From a virus (lineage: Duplodnaviria; Caudoviricetes): a stretch of 30,946 nt of DNA. A program made the position numbers and the translations under genes. The notes beneath the pieces are model-generated. The model saw nothing but the letters and a program-made list of their open reading frames with translations. It was not told where the DNA came from and made no database searches. The stretch covers positions 1-30,946 of IMG/VR virus record IMGVR_UViG_3300043429_000320; one strand, given 5' to 3'. Shown one piece after another: positions 1 to 5,235 of this stretch (position 1 is the first letter of the stretch; each line of letters begins with the position of its first letter).

Positions 1-128
1 TCCTGTGGAAGGAGGAGTTCTTGACCACTGGCGAGTCTACTGGAGCGGTATTGGCTCCATGTGTCGATGCGCTTAGTCACGAGCGGCCATCGCCTGATGT
101 GCTTTGTGGTCTGCGCTGTTTGGCGTGT
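1..128. repeat. Terminal direct repeat, left copy (assembly circularisation overlap)
   Basis: 1-126 is identical to 30819-30944; position 127 is G versus A at 30945, then 128 matches 30946. The ORFs continue across the junction. Confidence 0.95.
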
Positions 129-333
129 TCCAGCTGTGAGCCATCGCACACGCCATCCATGTAACCATCACGACCAGGACGAATCCTCCGAGTGTCTGGA
201 TGCGTCGCTGTGTCTTCTTCCGGCGCTCACGCTTGAGCTCACGCTGGGAGCAGATTGTGCAGATGCGATGACCACGACCATAAGGCACAGCGTTCGGGCG
301 GTTGCATTCGATGCAGGTTACTTTGATGTCCAT
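73..333 (-). CDS. Hypothetical Zn-ribbon protein with C-terminal transmembrane helix (86 aa)
   Basis: Likely ATG at 333 (MDIKVTC...) after AGGA. CIEC...CTIC motif, basic stretch, then hydrophobic LGGFVLVVMVTWMACAMA. Its TAA overlaps the GTG of the sigma gene across the circular junction (GTGACTAA). Confidence 0.7.
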   Translation of the reverse strand: MDIKVTCIECNRPNAVPYGRGHRICTICSQRELKRERRKKTQRRIQTLGGFVLVVMVTWMACAMAHSWNTPNSADHKAHQAMAARD

Positions 334-359
334 TTGAGTTTTCCTATTCCTTATTGTTG

Positions 360-557
360 TTATTCGGGGAGTGTTTGTCCCATGCGTTTGCACAGGATCC
401 ACTGAGCGACTTCGTATTCAGTCCGACCGATGGCATCAGCGATGCGCTTGATGGTCGACTGCCTGACAGCATGTCCACCGGAGAGCATCCGACAGACGGC
501 TGATTTGTGGATGCCGAGCTTCTCAGCGATTTCCACTTGTGTATGTCCGTAAATCAT
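360..557 (-). CDS. Small XRE/Cro-like HTH transcriptional regulator
   Basis: TQVEIAEKLGIHKSAVCRMLSG...TIKRIADAIG is a typical HTH_3 pattern. First gene of the leftward arm. ATG at 557 preferred over GTG at 575. Confidence 0.85.
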   Translation of the reverse strand: MIYGHTQVEIAEKLGIHKSAVCRMLSGGHAVRQSTIKRIADAIGRTEYEVAQWILCKRMGQTLPE

Positions 558-563
558 GACCTC

Positions 564-606
564 AATATTCCACACGTTGACACATTATGTCAACCCGTGC
601 TAGGAT
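564..606. promoter_or_regulatory. Overlapping divergent sigma70-type promoters on a GTTGACA-N5-TGTCAAC palindrome (probable operator)
   Basis: Plus strand: TTGACA 577-582, 18 nt spacer, TG-c-TAGGAT 598-606. Minus strand: TTGACA 593-588, weaker TG-g-AATATT ending at 564, 6 nt before the HTH ATG. Confidence 0.75.
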
Positions 607-645
607 GTTTGTGTAGTTGGACGCTACATCGGAAGGATTAGGACA

Positions 646-1128
646 ATGAACCAGGAACGGATTGACCTGAAGTGGAAGTGCGGACACACCGCCTTCATCA
701 TGGTCGGATTCTCACAGGCTGACCTGCGCTACAAAATGGCCATGATGGCCTCGACGCTCGAGATCTGTGCTAGTTGCGAGAACAAACTTGCAATCGAACG
801 CGCATGGAAGGTCACGCAGATGATTCTCCAGCCGACACCAGTCGCGCTGAGCGGGTCAGAGAAACAGATTGAGTGGGCACGCTCGATTCGCACCACGAAG
901 TACGAAGCACTCGCACATGTGCTTGACTGTCTCCGCCATGCATACGAAACACGCCAGGACGAATGGCCAGCAATTGCACAAGCAATTACACACGTGGTCA
1001 ATGACGTGTCTATTTGGCGGTCTTATACACAGTCTGGCGCCATCATCGACAGACGGAACATCAACTGGATTTCATCGTTTAGAAATGCGCTGAGTCGGGC
1101 AGGATTACATCTGGGAGGTTTGGTATGA
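646..1128 (+). CDS. Hypothetical phage protein (CGH...CxxC; LSGSEKQIEWARSIR motif)
   Basis: RBS AAGGATTAGGA before the ATG; ATGA overlap with the next gene; GSEKQIxWA is a motif I recognise from uncharacterised phage proteins. Confidence 0.75.
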   Translation: MNQERIDLKWKCGHTAFIMVGFSQADLRYKMAMMASTLEICASCENKLAIERAWKVTQMILQPTPVALSGSEKQIEWARSIRTTKYEALAHVLDCLRHAYETRQDEWPAIAQAITHVVNDVSIWRSYTQSGAIIDRRNINWISSFRNALSRAGLHLGGLV

Positions 1129-1673
1129 CAATGTCGGAAACAATCGGTGCGATTGCACCAGCGCTGGTCAAGGCACAGGCCGAGATCAAGCCAATCGTAA
1201 AGGATTCCACGAATCCTGCGTTCAGAAGTAAATACACTTCGCTCGATGCCATCATGGAGGTCGTGAGGCCAGTGATGGCGAAGCATGGCCTTTTCGTCGT
1301 GCAGTCGGTGCTTGACACCATCGATGGCGAGCATTCGACCAGCATCACCGTCGAGAGTCGTGTCATCCACAGCTCAGGTGAGTGGATTGCTGGTGTCGTG
1401 CAGGTTCCTGTGATGCAACAGACCAGCCACGGATTCGGCAGCGCACTCTCGTATGGTCGACGTTACAGCCTCAGTGCGCTCCTGTCGCTGGCATCTGACG
1501 AGGATGATGATGGCAATGGCGCGATAGGCCAACAGCCACAAGCACGGCCACAAATCAAGCCAGGACCGCCACAGACCACGACGCTTCGCAAGCTTGCACC
1601 ACAGGCCAAACCGATACCTGGTTATCACAACGGCTCACACTTTGTCCTGGGCGAGGAAGGACCGACAGAATAA
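1125..1673 (+). CDS. ERF-family single-strand annealing protein (recombinase)
   Basis: ALVKAQAEIKPIVKDSTNPAFRSKYTSLDAI ... HSSGEWI ... GSALSYGRRYSLSALLSLASDEDDDGN are ERF signatures; GGGAGG RBS. Confidence 0.92.
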   Translation: MTMSETIGAIAPALVKAQAEIKPIVKDSTNPAFRSKYTSLDAIMEVVRPVMAKHGLFVVQSVLDTIDGEHSTSITVESRVIHSSGEWIAGVVQVPVMQQTSHGFGSALSYGRRYSLSALLSLASDEDDDGNGAIGQQPQARPQIKPGPPQTTTLRKLAPQAKPIPGYHNGSHFVLGEEGPTE

Positions 1674-2128
1674 TGGCTTACATAAACGAAGTTCGCGAAA
1701 CATCAAGCATCCCTGATTTATTCAGGGATGCAGCACGGCATAAGCTCACAGAGATAGAGAATTATTCAAACGGAAGAGATTTCAAATCTGCTTGCATTTT
1801 GATTGAACCAGAGTCTTTTATTCGTCAAAACTTTAGCTTTACACATCCGATGAGGTTTTCATTTGGTGCGTTTGACTTGTTATGGATGGGTGTAAAAGAA
1901 TTCGACGAAAAAGAATATGGATACTTTAACGGTACAGGTCGATATCAAGACAAACGAAGTTTCTTACATCCAGATTGGCTTGAAATGGATGAGTCTGAAC
2001 TCATGTGGCAATGTGCTCAAGCATTGATGATGGTATCTGAGCAACTGAGAAATGGTGAGATTAAACCTTTTGAAGACGATGAAATCACCGAACCGTGGAA
2101 TATGGAAGAAGAGGACTCTGACGCATGA
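1673..2128 (+). CDS. Hypothetical protein (AT-richer accessory gene)
   Basis: 151-aa ORF coupled by TAATG overlap. No recognisable motif. A later start near 2125 for the next gene overlaps its stop. Confidence 0.7.
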   Translation: MAYINEVRETSSIPDLFRDAARHKLTEIENYSNGRDFKSACILIEPESFIRQNFSFTHPMRFSFGAFDLLWMGVKEFDEKEYGYFNGTGRYQDKRSFLHPDWLEMDESELMWQCAQALMMVSEQLRNGEIKPFEDDEITEPWNMEEEDSDA

Positions 2129-2829
2129 GGCCTTATATTGACGATGAGTGGCAATGGCTCCTGAGCAATGGTCGTGTCATGATTGATGTAGAAGGCACTC
2201 TCCTCGATGCGCTGAAGCGTGTCGGGGAGGAGCTTTTCTACGATGCGAATGACATTCGACGTTATAAGACCACAACCATCAAACCAAGTAGTCATGTCTA
2301 CAAAGACATCCCATATCAAACGATGAACATCGAGTTTGAGGGTGGAGTGTCTATAAAAGCTGAAATGCATCCATCGGAGATTTTCATCGGTGGATACAAG
2401 GATTACATGCATAGACTGACACACCTGTTCAATGTCAAATGTCTATTCCATATTGACTGGATGGACACCACTGTCACGACATGCAGTTTGATGGAACTGC
2501 ATGAGGATGCGTTTGCACTCAAACGATTCGTGGAGCAGCTGCACGAGAAAGACATTCCACCGCAAAGTCCACGTATGTACACCGGCGATCAGGTCATCAC
2601 CATGATGGAATCCGGATTGATATCGTCTGCTTATCGATGGCTGGAGCCTAACATTCGCATCAATTACGAATGGCAATCAGAGTTCAAAAAGCGAGTCGTT
2701 TTGCCATCGTGGACATGGAACGCTCGGAAGCACATTGAATCGATGACGCAATGGGAGCGCACGAATCACATCGAAACCGAACTTGCACGACCTGACTGGG
2801 CAATAGGAAAGTATGGTCTTAACGGATGA
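2125..2829 (+). CDS. Hypothetical protein
   Basis: 234-aa ORF with ATGA overlaps at both ends and a GAGGA RBS. Confidence 0.75.
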   Translation: MRPYIDDEWQWLLSNGRVMIDVEGTLLDALKRVGEELFYDANDIRRYKTTTIKPSSHVYKDIPYQTMNIEFEGGVSIKAEMHPSEIFIGGYKDYMHRLTHLFNVKCLFHIDWMDTTVTTCSLMELHEDAFALKRFVEQLHEKDIPPQSPRMYTGDQVITMMESGLISSAYRWLEPNIRINYEWQSEFKKRVVLPSWTWNARKHIESMTQWERTNHIETELARPDWAIGKYGLNG

Positions 2830-3140
2830 AATTTGAACTCGCCTTTGAAGCCATGCGCCATGGCTACTGCATCACTGTGCAGGAAAACAAAGCTCTCTGG
2901 TACAGATACGATCAAGGGATGCAGGCCATACGTGCATACGTGAACAGCCTGTTTATGTCATACAAGCTTGACTTCCCTACTGATCGCATCATGACCGATG
3001 GTTGGCAGGTTGGTGTATACATCGAAGGCAATACACCACTATGGCTTGACATTCCAGACGCCTACGACATCGAGCAGATTATGCAGTATGCCGAGGTTGC
3101 ACTGGAAGAACGAGAACAACGATTAGCAGGTATCAAATGA
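2826..3140 (+). CDS. Divergent DUF2829/Tad2-like protein
   Basis: MKFELAFEAMRHG ... DRIMTDGWQV matches the family pattern MxFxxALxxLxxG ... DxLAxDW; carries a C-terminal extension. Confidence 0.5.
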   Translation: MKFELAFEAMRHGYCITVQENKALWYRYDQGMQAIRAYVNSLFMSYKLDFPTDRIMTDGWQVGVYIEGNTPLWLDIPDAYDIEQIMQYAEVALEEREQRLAGIK

Positions 3141-3385
3141 CAGGTATTGAAGCACTTAAGGCACTAACAGAAGGCAAAAAGATTCGCAGAGAAAACTGGG
3201 ATAAAGACGAGGCAATCTGTTATTCAGCGGCATGGAACTCGTTTCCAGAAACTGCCGGTCCAACAAAAGCTTTTACGATGAATCGATGGAATCGAATCAA
3301 CAAGAATAAACCACGAGATCTTGATTCGGAATTCAACAGAATTTACACCGACTTCCTTCAAGATGATTGGGAGGTAGTCGAATGA
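3137..3385 (+). CDS. DUF2829/Tad2-like protein
   Basis: MTGIEALKALTEGKKIRRENW ... TDFLQDDWEVVE is the canonical N- and C-terminal signature; 82 aa. Confidence 0.72.
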   Translation: MTGIEALKALTEGKKIRRENWDKDEAICYSAAWNSFPETAGPTKAFTMNRWNRINKNKPRDLDSEFNRIYTDFLQDDWEVVE

Positions 3386-3504
3386 CGTGGAAAAAGTGGC
3401 TTTATGATTGTGCCAGGACAACATTGAAACTTACAGCAGTAGGCATTGGTGTACTGATTGGCAAATGGTTATGGCATCTAATTATTGAGAGGTAGTCGAA
3501 TGAC
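3371..3504 (+). repeat. 16-bp direct repeat GAGGTAGTCGAATGAC (3371-3386 and 3489-3504)
   Basis: Exact repeat read from the sequence; each copy contains an RBS and an ATG. Confidence 0.9.
3382..3495 (+). CDS. Small (37 aa) hydrophobic/membrane peptide, absent from the ORF track
   Basis: Hand translation gives MTWKKWLYDCARTTLKLTAVGIGVLIGKWLWHLIIER*. GGGAGG RBS, ATGA overlap with the upstream gene, fills the gap before thyX. Confidence 0.7.
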   Translation: MTWKKWLYDCARTTLKLTAVGIGVLIGKWLWHLIIER

Positions 3505-4129
3505 AAAGCTTGTATGGATAACACCAGATGCCGAGAAGGTCATTGGGTATTGCGCTCGAGTCTCGAACCCATCGAACCAGGACAATCCGGATGTCTCCCG
3601 ACTGCTTCGGTATTGTGTCGGACACGGACACTGGAGCATCTTTGAGCAGGCATCGATGTGCGTCGAAATCAAAACCACGCGTGCGATTGCAGCTCAGATT
3701 CTCCGACATCGTTCGTTCTCGTTCCAGGAGTTTTCCCAGCGGTACGCGACAGTGGTCGAAGACATCGAGGTCCCAGCAATGCGCCTCACTGGCGCTCACA
3801 ATCGCCAATCTAGCCTCCCATTACCAAAGGTGGAAGAACTGACCAAAGAACAACAGGACGCGCTGTATTTGGTCGGTTCTGCCATCGAGTTTTGCACCGA
3901 TGTATATCGTGATCTGATGTCGCACGGCATCGCTGCGGAGACTGCTCGCATGGTGCTTCCGCTTTGCACTCCGACCACGATGTACATGTCGGGGACCATT
4001 CGTTCCTGGATACATTATGTGCAGCTGCGAACAGGTGCAGACACGCAGCTCGAGCATCGCGATATCGCACAGAGCATTCAGAACATCATGCTCGAACATC
4101 TGCCGATAACGATGGAAGCATTGTCATAG
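3500..4129 (+). CDS. thyX: FAD-dependent thymidylate synthase
   Basis: GHWSIFEQ, QILRHRSFSFQEFSQRY (RHRx7S motif), AETARMVLP, RSWIHYVQLR, TQLEHR; ATG at 3500 after GAGG. Confidence 0.96.
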   Translation: MTKLVWITPDAEKVIGYCARVSNPSNQDNPDVSRLLRYCVGHGHWSIFEQASMCVEIKTTRAIAAQILRHRSFSFQEFSQRYATVVEDIEVPAMRLTGAHNRQSSLPLPKVEELTKEQQDALYLVGSAIEFCTDVYRDLMSHGIAAETARMVLPLCTPTTMYMSGTIRSWIHYVQLRTGADTQLEHRDIAQSIQNIMLEHLPITMEALS

Positions 4130-4155
4130 CACCATACTGGTATGGAGGTATTTAC

Positions 4156-4374
4156 ATGGCACGAAAACCAGCAGTGGATAAAGAGATCGAGCGCGTTCCG
4201 GAGAAGCCTGAAGGACTCCTGTGGTTGCTCAAAGCGAGCGAGCACGAGATTCTCGAGCGTCTACATCAGGATGGCGCAATTATCATGATTCATCCTGCGC
4301 TCGATGGCATCGTTTCCTATCGCATCGAAGAGAATCCAGCACACGAACAAAAAGTGGTGCACGTCTGGCGTTAG
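4156..4374 (+). CDS. Hypothetical protein (72 aa)
   Basis: ATG at 4156 (MARKPAV...) preceded by GGAGG; last gene of the rightward arm. Confidence 0.75.
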   Translation: MARKPAVDKEIERVPEKPEGLLWLLKASEHEILERLHQDGAIIMIHPALDGIVSYRIEENPAHEQKVVHVWR

Positions 4375-4386
4375 ATGTATAAATCA

Positions 4387-4505
4387 TTTGCCACTGCCTC
4401 CCACAGTGGTAAACCAAATAAGTAACAACACCAACAGAAGACCACCGGGTCGCATAGCCCCTGCTTGCAGGACGAAGCCTATGAGTTCGGGTGGTCTTTT
4501 GGTTT
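4387..4505 (+). ncRNA. Candidate structured RNA: hairpin with CCTCCCA loop plus long terminator-like stem
   Basis: Stem TTTGCCACTG/CAGTGGTAAA (4387-4413); long stem AAGACCACC...CATAG / CTATG...GGTGGTCTT with inner hairpin CTGC-TT-GCAG. Confidence 0.35.
4436..4505 (+). terminator. Probable intrinsic terminator where the two arms converge
   Basis: AAGACCACC/GGTGGTCTT outer stem running into TTTTGGTTT, between convergent genes; the enclosed region is unusually long. Confidence 0.6.
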
Positions 4506-4506
4506 G

Positions 4507-5052
4507 TCAGAAATTCACGAAGCCGAAGCCGCCAAACTTGCCGAGCTCGTGCCAGTTCCGCTTTTTCGCGTACAGACCATCACCATCACGCTCGACTGAT
4601 AGTTCATCGGATGGTTCAGGCGATGTGTTCCCCTCGACTGTGTATACGCCCCATTCCTCGACTCTGGTCACGATGCCGATGTGAGCGATGCGAGACAGTG
4701 CCGAGAAGTAGAACAGCGCGAGATCTCCACGCCGTGGACGCTTCGTGGTCGTACCGTCGCGGATGTGCTGGACAGGTAACCACAGGCTGTTTGCCTTGAA
4801 CCATCTCGACCAGTCTGGACAATATGCAGAACGAGGAAAAGTCTCGTCGTACACGATGCCGAGCTGTGTGGCTGCTTGCTTGTGGCGGAAGCGAACGTGT
4901 GCCGCACACCACGGAGATCCAGCAGGGACAGGCGGTTTGCAGGATGCTTGATACGCTTCGACTGCCTTGCCACGATTCTCTCCGACTTCCTGAACGCCAA
5001 TATTCGCGATGGCCAGTTCAGTCGATAACAGTGCTATTCGGCGTTCATCCAT
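4507..5052 (-). CDS. CHAP-domain endolysin (peptidoglycan amidase/peptidase)
   Basis: IGVQEVGENRG...PWCAAHV (catalytic Cys) ... GDLALF ... HIGIV (His) ... TVEGNT; AGGAG RBS. Confidence 0.9.
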   Translation of the reverse strand: MDERRIALLSTELAIANIGVQEVGENRGKAVEAYQASCKPPVPAGSPWCAAHVRFRHKQAATQLGIVYDETFPRSAYCPDWSRWFKANSLWLPVQHIRDGTTTKRPRRGDLALFYFSALSRIAHIGIVTRVEEWGVYTVEGNTSPEPSDELSVERDGDGLYAKKRNWHELGKFGGFGFVNF

Positions 5053-5096
5053 GATGTATACTCCTAACGTCCAACCGGGTTCTAAACCTAATCCTC

Positions 5097-5133
5097 ACGC
5101 CTCCAGACCCCTTCCTGGAGGCGTTTCCTTTTT
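5097..5133 (+). terminator. Intrinsic terminator oriented on the + strand (antisense to the late arm)
   Basis: Perfect 10-bp stem ACGCCTCCAG/CTGGAGGCGT, 8-nt loop, then TTCCTTTTT. Confidence 0.7.
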
Positions 5134-5134
5134 C

Positions 5135-5235
5135 AGCAGTCAAGCATTCCTTGACAACTCACAAGGATTCCTTGTCACATCAACTTGTAAGAAAACCTTA
5201 CAAGTTCACCATTTTGTTGACGTCACCAAAAAGGT
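5135..5235. repeat. Array of four abutting palindromes
   Basis: GTCAAG-N5-CTTGAC (5139-5155); ACAAG-N5-CTTGT (5161-5175); AACTTGTAAG-N5-CTTACAAGTT (5182-5206); 28-bp ACCATTTTGTTGAC/GTCACCAAAAAGGT with 2 mispairs (5208-5235). Confidence 0.9.

Noticed and set aside
2575-2829. Sixth Tad2-like domain in the 2125..2829 protein (MYTGDQVITMMESG)
   Set aside because: Only the N-terminal pattern is vaguely similar and the DW C-terminal motif is missing.
4132-4145. CCATAC-TG-GTATGG inverted repeat overlapping the 4156 RBS
   Set aside because: Short, with a 2-nt loop and no second copy found; could be chance.
5135-5235. Mini CRISPR array
   Set aside because: The units are not identical repeats and there are no spacer-length unique segments.
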